From assembly GCA_002308955.1 (NCBI GenBank), contig DBWJ01000046.1:1-49312 (forward strand): a DNA stretch of 49,312 nt, read 5' to 3'. Positions 7,915 through 16,437 of this stretch are shown here, one piece after another. The notes under the pieces are model-generated. The model saw only the letters and a program-made list of their open reading frames with translations, was not told the origin of the DNA and made no database searches. Every line of letters starts with the position of its first letter. Within the stretch, counting starts at the first letter, position 1. The stretch is from Lachnoclostridium sp. UBA1241. Its GTDB lineage: Bacteria > Bacillota > Clostridia > Lachnospirales > Lachnospiraceae. The translations under genes were made by a program, and so were the position numbers.

Positions 7915-9828
7915 ATGATCAGTGACGAGTATGAAAAAGCGATGCATCTGGGGCAGAAGGAATACAGTGCCTGCATTAACAAAGGTCTGCATCCTTACCT
8001 CACCTGCATGGAAGATATCATGGCTCCGTACGAGACCGAGTCCAAGGTAAAACTCGGCCTGCAGGAAATTCCGCTCAACCAGGTTGTGGGGACCTTCGCT
8101 GAGGGACGTTCCAGCGCATTTGCGCGAAATTTTATGCCGCTTCTCGAGCCCGAAACCGAGTTCGCTATGAAGTGGATGGCCCTTTACAGTTCGATGCTCG
8201 AGGAGGGACTCCGTGAGCCGATTATCGCTTACGAGTTCCTGAACAAGTTCTACGTGCAGGAAGGCAACAAGCGCGTCAGCGTGTCCAAGTATATCGGAGC
8301 CGTGACCATTGAGGCCCAGGTGACACGCATCATCCCGAAGCGCACCGACGCCAAGGAAATCCAGCTCTACTATGAGTTTCTGGAATTCTTTGAGAAGACC
8401 GGCGTCAACTACCTGACCTTCACGAAAACCGGAAGTTACGCCCTTCTTCTGAAGGAATTGAAGGAGAACCCGGAGAGCCCCTGGACCGAGGAAGACGCGA
8501 TGGACCTTCGTTCCATCTATGCCAGATTCCGTAAGGAATACCTCGCCGCGGGCGGCGACAAGCTCGTAACGACCGTTGCCGATGCTTTCCTCGTGTACCT
8601 TCATATCTTCGGCTATGCCGCAACGAAAGACGCGACTTCGGCAGAATTGTCGAAGAACATCTCCCGCGTTTGGAGTGAATTTAAGATTTACGGGCGGGAG
8701 CGGCAGGCTTCCATCTCGATGAATCCGGTGGAGGACCCGAAGAAGCATGTCTTCACGAACCTGATTCCGCAGAAGCAGCACGCGGTGGCATGGCTTCACG
8801 AGCGAAACCCGGAGGTGAGCGCCTGGACGTACAACCACGAACTGGGACGCGAGCATGTGGAGGATGTCTTCGGAAACCGTATCCGTACGGGTTCGTTCTA
8901 CGATGTTCCGGCTGACAAAGCCGACGAAGTCATTGCGGACGTAATTTCGAAGGGGTTCGACATTATCTTTGCCACCTCTCCGCAGCACATTGCGGCATGC
9001 GCGAAGGCAGCGGTTACGCATCCGGACGTCAAATTCCTGAACTGCTCGCTGAATACCTCTTATAAATCCGTCCGTTCCTATTATCTTCGGACGTATGAGG
9101 CGAAATTCATCATCGGCTGCATTGCCGGCGCCATGGCGGACAACAACCGTGTCGGATACATTGCGGACTACCCGGTATTCGGTTCGGTGGCGAGCATCAA
9201 CGCATTTGCCCTCGGGGCGAAATCCGTGAATCCGCGTGCCGAGATCTATCTGGACTGGTCGACGCTCAAGGAACGCACCGACGGCGATCTGTTCGACCGG
9301 AACGATGTTTATATTGTCAGCGACCGCGACCTGAACGCTCCGATAGCCGTCTCCCGTGAATTCGGCCTTTACGAGCGAGGCGAAACGCCGGTCAACTACG
9401 CCATGCCGGTATGGCACTGGGGCAAACTGTACGAAGAAATTCTCAGAAGTATTCTGAATAACAACTGGAAGGACGAGGAGGAATCAGCCGGCATTTACGC
9501 GCTGAACTATTGGTGGGGAATGTCCTCGGGCGCCATTGACGTAATTACTTCGCAGAAGCTTCCGCCGGAACTGCTTAGGCTTACGGAAACACTGAAGACC
9601 GCGATCATTAACCGGACGCTGATTCCGTTCTCCGGGCTTCTACGTTTTCAGGACGGTTCGTGTCTGGATGCCGGCGAGGGGCTTGCCCCTGAGGAACTGA
9701 TCCGGATGGACCGACTCGTGGAGGGCATCCACGGATACATTCCGGTTCCGGACGAGCTTCGGGACGAATTCCGTGACTTTATGAACTCGCAGGCCGTATT
9801 CCGGCCGGAGGCGGAGACGCAGTTGTAA
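7915..9828 (+). CDS. Cytoplasmic fusion of a ParB/Srx-like N-terminal domain with a BMP (PnrA-like) nucleoside-binding-type domain
   Basis: 637 aa with no signal peptide or lipobox. N-terminal region is ParB-N-like: IPLNQVVGT..GR...F and PIIAYEFLNKFYVQEGNKRVSVSKYIG. C-terminal half is BMP-like: GYIADYPVFGSVASINAFALGAKSVNPRAEIYLDWS. Confidence 0.7.
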   Translation: MISDEYEKAMHLGQKEYSACINKGLHPYLTCMEDIMAPYETESKVKLGLQEIPLNQVVGTFAEGRSSAFARNFMPLLEPETEFAMKWMALYSSMLEEGLREPIIAYEFLNKFYVQEGNKRVSVSKYIGAVTIEAQVTRIIPKRTDAKEIQLYYEFLEFFEKTGVNYLTFTKTGSYALLLKELKENPESPWTEEDAMDLRSIYARFRKEYLAAGGDKLVTTVADAFLVYLHIFGYAATKDATSAELSKNISRVWSEFKIYGRERQASISMNPVEDPKKHVFTNLIPQKQHAVAWLHERNPEVSAWTYNHELGREHVEDVFGNRIRTGSFYDVPADKADEVIADVISKGFDIIFATSPQHIAACAKAAVTHPDVKFLNCSLNTSYKSVRSYYLRTYEAKFIIGCIAGAMADNNRVGYIADYPVFGSVASINAFALGAKSVNPRAEIYLDWSTLKERTDGDLFDRNDVYIVSDRDLNAPIAVSREFGLYERGETPVNYAMPVWHWGKLYEEILRSILNNNWKDEEESAGIYALNYWWGMSSGAIDVITSQKLPPELLRLTETLKTAIINRTLIPFSGLLRFQDGSCLDAGEGLAPEELIRMDRLVEGIHGYIPVPDELRDEFRDFMNSQAVFRPEAETQL

Positions 9829-9860
9829 GAAGGACGATAATGTATTAAAGGGGTTTTATC

Positions 9861-10562
9861 GTGAAGATTCTGATTGTATCGGACAAGGAATCCAAGGCTT
9901 TGTGGGACTACTATACTCCGGGGATGTTAGATGAGTATGACCTCATCCTCTCCTGCGGCGACCTGGCCCCGCAGTACCTTTCCTTTCTCGCGACCTTTAC
10001 AAAGGTTCCGGTGCTGTATGTTCACGGAAACCATGATGACTGTTATGAAAAAACACCCCCGGAAGGCTGCGTCTGCATCGAGGACAAGGTCTTCCGCTAT
10101 AAGGGGCTTCGCATTCTCGGCCTCGGCGGCTCCAACCGCTACAAGCCGGGAATCCACCAGTATACACAGGCGGAAATGCGACACCGCATCCGATCGCTCC
10201 GTTTCCGGATGTTCCGAAGCGGAGGCATTGACATTCTCCTGACCCACTCGCCCGCCGAGGGGCTCGGAGACGCGGAGGACATTCCGCATCAGGGGTTTGC
10301 CGCATTTGTCGACCTTATGAACAAATACAAACCCAAGTACATGATCCACGGCCATGTGCATGCCAATTATACCCGCAACATGAAGCGTATCACCGCCTTC
10401 GGCGAGACGCAGATCGTAAACGGCTATGAAAAGTATGTTCTGGAGATACCGGACGAGGAAATCGCCCGCTGGGAGCAGGAGGTTCCCAAAAGAAGGAGAC
10501 ACCGCCGCCGCAGACGGAAGGGTGCCGCCGACAACAACCCGGTTCAGTCGTCCGAGCCGTAG
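9861..10562 (+). CDS. Metallophosphoesterase (YfcE/calcineurin-like) with a basic C-terminal tail
   Basis: MKILIVSD, CGDL, VHGNHD and GHVH motifs. GTG start. Tail reads KRRRHRRRRRKG. Confidence 0.8.
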   Translation: MKILIVSDKESKALWDYYTPGMLDEYDLILSCGDLAPQYLSFLATFTKVPVLYVHGNHDDCYEKTPPEGCVCIEDKVFRYKGLRILGLGGSNRYKPGIHQYTQAEMRHRIRSLRFRMFRSGGIDILLTHSPAEGLGDAEDIPHQGFAAFVDLMNKYKPKYMIHGHVHANYTRNMKRITAFGETQIVNGYEKYVLEIPDEEIARWEQEVPKRRRHRRRRRKGAADNNPVQSSEP

Positions 10563-10603
10563 AACGGACACCGGTCTGCCGTCCGAGCCGTAAATCGGAC
10601 AGA

Positions 10604-10647
10604 TGTGAGTTCGAAACCCATCCTCACATAAAACAAAACTAGGAGGA
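10604..10647 (+). promoter_or_regulatory. preQ1-I riboswitch aptamer
   Basis: UGUGAG-UUCGAAACCCAUC-CUCACA stem-loop followed by the A-rich tail UAAAACAAAACUAGGAGG. This is the classic preQ1-I layout and sits directly upstream of queT. Confidence 0.7.
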
Positions 10648-10674
10648 AGGGGCACCTTATGCCCCGCAGAAAAA

Positions 10675-11178
10675 ATGAAGAAAAAGACTTATTTCATCGC
10701 AGTGGCTGCAATCACTGCGGCACTCTACGTCGCTCTGACGTATTCAAGCAATGCCGTCGGCCTCGCAAGCGGCATGATCCAGTTCCGGCTTTCCGAAGCC
10801 CTCACCATTCTTCCGTACTTCACTCCGGCTGCAATTCCCGGGCTGACCATCGGATGCATTCTTTCGAACACCCTTACAGGCTGTGTAATCTGGGATATCA
10901 TCTTCGGTTCCGTAGCAACGCTTCTCGGCGCCGTAGGTACCTATCTGCTCTCAAAGCTTCCCTTATGTAAAAAAACAGAGGGCGCACTGTTATGCACCCT
11001 CCCGCCTGTTGTCGCCAATATGCTGATTGTTCCGTTTATCTTAAAATATGCCTATGAGCTTCCGGACGCCATTCCGTTCATGATGCTCACGGTCGGCATC
11101 GGTGAAGTCGTATGCTGCTGTATCCTCGGCGGAATCCTTCTTCTGTCCCTGAAGAAAACCGGCTTCCGCGTGGAGTAA
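10675..11178 (+). CDS. queT: Queuosine precursor transporter QueT (ECF S-component type)
   Basis: 167 aa, multi-pass membrane protein. AAITAALYVALTY...IQFRLSEALTILPYFTPAAIPGLTIGCILSN is typical of QueT. It is preceded by the preQ1 riboswitch. Confidence 0.8.
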   Translation: MKKKTYFIAVAAITAALYVALTYSSNAVGLASGMIQFRLSEALTILPYFTPAAIPGLTIGCILSNTLTGCVIWDIIFGSVATLLGAVGTYLLSKLPLCKKTEGALLCTLPPVVANMLIVPFILKYAYELPDAIPFMMLTVGIGEVVCCCILGGILLLSLKKTGFRVE

Positions 11179-11248
11179 GCGTCTGCCGTCACATTAAGCC
11201 GCCTCGGCTATCTCGTTTCGGCGGCGTCTGCCGTCACATTTGACGCGG

Positions 11249-12082
11249 TTACCGTCCCATCGCCTTTCCGGCTGCGGCAAATCCGGCGAAAAGCACGATG
11301 TCGCCTACCACGATGGTCGCTCCCGGAGGCGTGGACCAGAGGATCGAAAGAAGAATTCCGGTCACCGAACTGATAACAGCAAGTCCCGCCGCGCAAAGCA
11401 TTACCGCCCGGAACGAGCGGAACACGCGCATCGCGGAAAGCGCCGGGAAGATGATCAGGGCGGAAACCAGAAGCGAACCGACAAGATTCATCGCAAGAAC
11501 GATTACCACCGCCGTCACGACGGCAATCATCGTATTGTACGCCGCGACATGCAGCCCGGTACTTCTTGCGAAGTTTTCGTCAAATGTGACCGCGAAGATC
11601 TTTCTATACGAAAGCACAAACATCCCGATAACCAAAACCGAAAGCACAAGACACAGGATTGCGTCCGACGCGTTCAACGTTACCATGCCCTGCGAACCGA
11701 ACAGCGTTGTGCAGACGTCCCCGGAGATATTGGTGGAGGACGGACGCAGGTTCAGAAGGAAATATCCGACGGCCAGCGCGCTTACCGAAATCATGGCAAT
11801 CGCGGCATCGCCGTGAATCTTCTTGTTCTGCCCGGTCTTTAAAAGGATGACCGCCGAAAGAATTGTAATCGGAAACACGAAATACAGATTGTTCGTCAGC
11901 CGGATCACGGACGCGATCGCTATTGCGCCAAATGCCACGTGCGACAGTCCGTCACCGATGAAGGAAAAACGCTTCAGCACCAGAATCACGCCCAAAAGCG
12001 CCGAGCAGAGCGCAATCAGAACGCCCACGATCAGCGCGTAACGCACAAAGGGAAAGGTGAGGTAGTATCCCAGCTTCGCCAT
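11249..12082 (-). CDS. Metal ABC transporter permease (ABC-3 / ZnuB-MntB type)
   Basis: 277 aa polytopic protein. LKRFSFIGDGLSHVAFGAIA is typical of the ABC-3 family. No ATPase or binding-protein gene is adjacent. Confidence 0.8.
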   Translation of the reverse strand: MAKLGYYLTFPFVRYALIVGVLIALCSALLGVILVLKRFSFIGDGLSHVAFGAIAIASVIRLTNNLYFVFPITILSAVILLKTGQNKKIHGDAAIAMISVSALAVGYFLLNLRPSSTNISGDVCTTLFGSQGMVTLNASDAILCLVLSVLVIGMFVLSYRKIFAVTFDENFARSTGLHVAAYNTMIAVVTAVVIVLAMNLVGSLLVSALIIFPALSAMRVFRSFRAVMLCAAGLAVISSVTGILLSILWSTPPGATIVVGDIVLFAGFAAAGKAMGR

Positions 12083-12112
12083 CGGTTTTCCTCCCGGATC
12101 AATAATACTCTG

Positions 12113-12141
12113 AAAAAGGGGCTCCCCCTTCGGGGTGCCCC
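12113..12141 (-). terminator. Rho-independent terminator after asnS
   Basis: Minus strand reads GGGGCACCCC-GAA-GGGGGAGCCCC followed by UUUUU, immediately after the asnS stop. Confidence 0.7.
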
Positions 12142-12148
12142 GGATTGT

Positions 12149-13534
12149 TTAGAACTCGCAGTTTCTCGGTGTTCTCGGATAAGGGATTACGTCGCGGATG
12201 TTCTCAACACCCGTCAGATACATAATCAGACGCTCAAAGCCCATTCCGAATCCGCTGTGGATGCATCCGCCGTATCTTCTCGTATCAAGATACCAGTCGA
12301 TTCCGTCCTTATCCACACCCATCTCGTTCATTCTTTCAATCAGCTTGTCAAGATTCTCTTCTCTCTGGCTGCCGCCCATGAGCTCGCCTGCCTGAGGAAC
12401 AAGAAGGTCTACCGCCGCAACGGTCTTGTTGTCGGGGTTGACTTTCATGTAATATGCCTTGATCTCCTTCGGCCAGTCGGTTACGAATACGGGACCGTTG
12501 AAGTAATCCACGATGTATTTCTCGTGCTCCTTCGCAATGTCCTCTCCGTAATCGGGCTCGAATTCCCATTTCACGTCAGCTTTTTTGAGAATGTCGATGA
12601 CATCATGGTGGCTGATACGGGTAAACTCGGCATTAATAATGTTACTAAGCTTATCCTTTAAGCCCTTTGAGACAAACTTGTCGCAGAAGTCAATCTCCTC
12701 GGGGCATCGGTCGCAGACATACTGCACCACGAACTTGAGCATATCCTCTTCGATATCCATAAGACCCTGCAGATCGCAGAAGGCCATCTCGGGTTCAATC
12801 ATCCAGAACTCGTTGGCATGGGTCTGAGTGTTGGAATTTTCGGTTCGGAAGGTCGGTCCGAACGTATAAATATCGCCGAATGCCATCGCGAAAGTCTCGC
12901 CCTGCAGCTGGCCCGACCCGGTAATGAAGGACTGCTTTCCGAAAAGGTCCTTGCTGAAGTCCACTTTGCCGTCCTCGGTCTTCGGCAGATCGTTCATATT
13001 GAATGTCGTAATCTTAAACATCTGGTCGGAACCTTCACAGTCCGCGCCCGTAATCAGCGGAGTATGCACATAAACATATCCTCTGTCCTGAAAATACGTA
13101 TGAATCGCCATCGCGGCCACGCTTCGAATACGGAACACCGCGCTGAAGAGGTTGGTGCGGGGACGAAGATGCGCGACAGTACGAAGGAATTCCCTTGTAT
13201 GGCGCTTCGGCTGAATGGGATAGTTCTCGGGACAGTCGCCGAGAAGCTTAACGGCTGTTGCCTTCACCTCGAAAGGCTGCTGATGCTCGGGCGTAAGAAC
13301 CACGGTGCCGGTTACCTGTACGCTCGATCCGACTCTTATCTTGGAGATATCCTCGAAATTACTAAGTCCCTGCTCGTAAACAACCTGCAGATTCTCGAAG
13401 AACGAACCGTCGTTCACGTTAAGGAATCCAAACTGTGCCTGTGCGCGGTTCGTGCGGACCCATGCGCAGACAGTCACTTCTTTGGAAGCATATTCGGAAG
13501 TGTTTCCGAACAGCTCTTTAATTCTCGTTCTCAT
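12149..13534 (-). CDS. asnS: Asparagine--tRNA ligase
   Basis: 461 aa. N-terminal OB-fold region VTVCAWVRTNR. Class IIb core with FRTENSNTQTHANEFWMIEPE and GSQREE...GFGMGFERL. Confidence 0.93.
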   Translation of the reverse strand: MRTRIKELFGNTSEYASKEVTVCAWVRTNRAQAQFGFLNVNDGSFFENLQVVYEQGLSNFEDISKIRVGSSVQVTGTVVLTPEHQQPFEVKATAVKLLGDCPENYPIQPKRHTREFLRTVAHLRPRTNLFSAVFRIRSVAAMAIHTYFQDRGYVYVHTPLITGADCEGSDQMFKITTFNMNDLPKTEDGKVDFSKDLFGKQSFITGSGQLQGETFAMAFGDIYTFGPTFRTENSNTQTHANEFWMIEPEMAFCDLQGLMDIEEDMLKFVVQYVCDRCPEEIDFCDKFVSKGLKDKLSNIINAEFTRISHHDVIDILKKADVKWEFEPDYGEDIAKEHEKYIVDYFNGPVFVTDWPKEIKAYYMKVNPDNKTVAAVDLLVPQAGELMGGSQREENLDKLIERMNEMGVDKDGIDWYLDTRRYGGCIHSGFGMGFERLIMYLTGVENIRDVIPYPRTPRNCEF

Positions 13535-13601
13535 CTTGTTTCTCCTTGCAAATAAAATGCATGCGGAACCGGGCGTTCCCGTCCGTACATACTTATCTGC
13601 T

Positions 13602-13629
13602 ATAATAACAGTTTTTTCTGATATGTCAA
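13602..13629 (-). promoter_or_regulatory. Candidate sigma-A promoter of asnS
   Basis: Minus strand reads TTGACA-16 nt-TATTAT with a TGT extended -10, about 65 nt upstream of the start. Confidence 0.5.
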
Positions 13630-13636
13630 ATACGAA

Positions 13637-16411
13637 TCACGCCGAAGGCAGGAAGTGCTCCTTCAGGTACTTGTTCTCGAATTCCTCAAGGGGAATCGGG
13701 CGCTCGAAGAGATATCCCTGCGCCGTCGTGAAACCGCAGCCGGAAAGGAAATCGGCCTGCTCCTGCGTCTCCACGCCTTCGAATACGGCTTCCTTCTTCA
13801 CGGAGGAAATCATATCGCACATGCAGCGGACGTAATTCCGTTCCATTTCCCCCTGACCGATGCGCTGTAAGAAGCCGCGGCCGATCTTTACGATGTCAAC
13901 CGGAGCGTTGATCAGCATGGACAGGGACTCGCGGCCGGAACCGAAGTCGTCAAGCGTGATCTTGAAACCGCGGTTCTGCAGATCCCGGATGGAATCGGAA
14001 GCGCCTTCCTTCTCGGCAAGGAGCATCTCCTCGTTGACTTCGATTTCAATGTATTTGCTTTCCACGCCGTACTGCTCGGCAAGACGGCTGATTCGTTCGT
14101 CGAACTTAAGGAAGCTCTTGTTGTTCTTACCGAAATTGATGGAAATCGGAACCATCTTCGCGCCGGATTTCTTCCAGTTGCGAAGGGCCTGCAGCACGTT
14201 CGTGTAAATGCAGAAGTCGAGGTCCGTAACGTGACCGGTCTTTTCGAGAATCGGTACGAAATCCGCCGGATAGCGGTAGGTCCCGTCGTCCATGAGCCAG
14301 CGGGCAAGCGCCTCCGCGCCGATCAGTTCCTTCGTCTCAAGGGAGAACTTCGGCTGGAAGAATACCTCAATCTTGTTATTCTTAATTGCGTTCTGAATCT
14401 CACCGGCAATGGTCTGCTCGTGATTCCGCTGCGCGCGGAGCTCCTCGGAATAGATGCAGTAGGAATTCTCCTGTCCGGTCTTCGCCTGCTTACGGGCAAG
14501 GTTCGCGTTGTCCATCGCAAGCGGGATATCGTTATCATTTTTCTTCAGGAAATACACGCCGCTCGAGAGCTGGATGTCAATTCCCGGATACGCCTTCAGC
14601 TGATGCTCCACGAAAACCTTGGACCAGCTTCTAAGCTTGGCGATTACCTGCTCCTTCGACTCGCCGTTTACGTAAATCAGGAAGTAATCCGAGTGGATAC
14701 GGCAGGCAAAGCACTTCTTGCCCTTTCTCTGGAACATCGCGGCGAACTCACGAAGCATCCGGTCACCGGCCGGATAGCCGTACTTCTCGTTGATGTAGGA
14801 AAAGTCATTAATATCACAGTAAATAACGGCATGCACCGGCTCCATCTCCGGGTCGGAAAGCGTCTCCTGCAGTCTTGCGCGGAAGGCGGTGCGGTTGTAA
14901 AGGCCGGTCAGACGGTCGGTCGAGGACAGCCGGTTAATGAGCATCCGGTCGTTGCTGCGCTCCTTGCGGATCTTGCGCTCCTCGTCAATCTGGGCGATGC
15001 GGCCGTACAGATAGGAGATGTTACCCTCTTCGTCCTTGGCGCCGATGACGTTCATGCGGTACCAGCGGTACTCCTGTCCGTCCGTCTTAAGACGAACCTC
15101 GCCCTTCGTATTCTCACCTGTATTCTTTACGTTCTCAAGAAGGGACATACAGGTATCGTAGTCCTCCTCGTGAACGAACTTCCGGATCATGTTCTTCTCC
15201 AGAAAATGCGGGATCATGCTTTCCGTTCCGAGCATATTCGCCACCTTGGTCGGGAGGCTCACACGGTCGTCTGCGATGCTGTAGCCGAACTGGATATCGT
15301 CGGAGGTCTCCTCCAGCTGACGGTAATGGTCAAGCTGGTGCTTCATGGACATTTCCGCGTTAATCCGCTTTGTGATTTCGGTAAATGCACAGCTTACGAG
15401 GCTTGCGCCCTCGTCGTTCCGGCTTACCACAAGCGCGTTGCAGTGTACCCATGCAACGCTTCCGTCGAAACGGTTTACTCTAAATTCGGCCTCGAGCACG
15501 CTTCCGGGCTCGGTCTTCAGGTCGAAAAGACGTGTCACATTTTTCACATCGTCGGGCGCAACAATCTCGGAAAGGTAATTGTTATGAATCGAAGCGAACT
15601 GCTCGGCGGAGTGGCCGATTACCGCGTAGAAAGCGTCGTTCGCGTAATAAATCTCCGGCACGTTATCATGGGAGATGCGTCCCTGATAATCGAATACGGC
15701 GATGCCCACGGGAAGGGTGGTCAAAAGGCTCGTAACCTGACGCTTCCGAAGCATCTCACCGGTTACCTGCGTAATCGTGATGTCGAACAGGCCGTTCTTC
15801 ATCATCTTCTTCTGACGGCGCACAAAACACTGCACGGAAACGGTCTGCTGCTCGGCCGTCACGACACGGTGCTCAATGCAGACAACCATCTGCTTACGGA
15901 TCTTTTCATCGAGAATCTTGCGAATCGTCTCGCGGTCATCGGGATGAACCAGGGAAATGTATGTGCCGCCCTTGTTGTTCTTTGCGTGAATCCCGAACAG
16001 CTCCTCGACGCTTGCGTCACAGTCAACAATGGAATAATCCTTGTCGTCACGCACCGTGCAGGTTCCGAAGAAAATCTGACGGGCATATCCGCGTCCGGTG
16101 GAGATGTCCTTGCTCGTTCCGTCGCCCATCATTCCGGTAAGATAATGGAACAGCGTGTCTTCTCCGGCAAATGCGTTGAGAATCAGTTTCTTGGCGCGCA
16201 CGTGACTTGCGCAGATAAAAAGACAGGACAGAAAAATCGACCACGTCAGCGGATACGCGCCGCGCTCAATGGAACTGACCGTCTGTCTCGTGATGCCGAT
16301 CAGCACGCCGAATTCCTCCTGCGAAAGCTTCATCGCCTTCCGGTATGTGGCGAGATTGGCCGAGAAGATTTCCAGAAGTCTCTTTTTCTCATTTGCCTCG
16401 AGGTTCATCAT
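13637..16411 (-). CDS. XRE-HTH / PAS / degenerate GGDEF / EAL protein (c-di-GMP phosphodiesterase type)
   Basis: N-terminal HTH: MKLSQEEFGVLIGITRQTVSSIERG. GGDEF-domain body LTGLYNRTAF...DINDFSYINEKYGYPAGD, with the signature replaced by HSDYF. EAL domain carries EALAR, SINFG, DDFGSG, EGVETQEQ and AQGYLFERP. Confidence 0.85.
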   Translation of the reverse strand: MMNLEANEKKRLLEIFSANLATYRKAMKLSQEEFGVLIGITRQTVSSIERGAYPLTWSIFLSCLFICASHVRAKKLILNAFAGEDTLFHYLTGMMGDGTSKDISTGRGYARQIFFGTCTVRDDKDYSIVDCDASVEELFGIHAKNNKGGTYISLVHPDDRETIRKILDEKIRKQMVVCIEHRVVTAEQQTVSVQCFVRRQKKMMKNGLFDITITQVTGEMLRKRQVTSLLTTLPVGIAVFDYQGRISHDNVPEIYYANDAFYAVIGHSAEQFASIHNNYLSEIVAPDDVKNVTRLFDLKTEPGSVLEAEFRVNRFDGSVAWVHCNALVVSRNDEGASLVSCAFTEITKRINAEMSMKHQLDHYRQLEETSDDIQFGYSIADDRVSLPTKVANMLGTESMIPHFLEKNMIRKFVHEEDYDTCMSLLENVKNTGENTKGEVRLKTDGQEYRWYRMNVIGAKDEEGNISYLYGRIAQIDEERKIRKERSNDRMLINRLSSTDRLTGLYNRTAFRARLQETLSDPEMEPVHAVIYCDINDFSYINEKYGYPAGDRMLREFAAMFQRKGKKCFACRIHSDYFLIYVNGESKEQVIAKLRSWSKVFVEHQLKAYPGIDIQLSSGVYFLKKNDNDIPLAMDNANLARKQAKTGQENSYCIYSEELRAQRNHEQTIAGEIQNAIKNNKIEVFFQPKFSLETKELIGAEALARWLMDDGTYRYPADFVPILEKTGHVTDLDFCIYTNVLQALRNWKKSGAKMVPISINFGKNNKSFLKFDERISRLAEQYGVESKYIEIEVNEEMLLAEKEGASDSIRDLQNRGFKITLDDFGSGRESLSMLINAPVDIVKIGRGFLQRIGQGEMERNYVRCMCDMISSVKKEAVFEGVETQEQADFLSGCGFTTAQGYLFERPIPLEEFENKYLKEHFLPSA

Positions 16412-16437
16412 GGTAACTATCCCCTTTTTATGAATCT

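Noticed and set aside
7786-9417. 543-aa minus-strand ORF.
   Set aside because: It is antisense to the ParB-like/BMP gene and shows shadow-ORF composition. It would also run through the divergent promoter region.
10659-10970. 103-aa ORF starting at the ATG best spaced from the riboswitch AGGAGG.
   Set aside because: It is out of frame with QueT, which has clear family similarity and TM helices, and overlaps it. The product is Arg/His-rich. At most the first codons could act as a uORF (see the riboswitch finding).
13535-13636. T-box leader upstream of asnS.
   Set aside because: The intergenic region is only about 100 nt and is mostly occupied by a promoter. No T-box sequence (AGGGUGGNACCGCG-like) and no terminator/antiterminator pair is visible.
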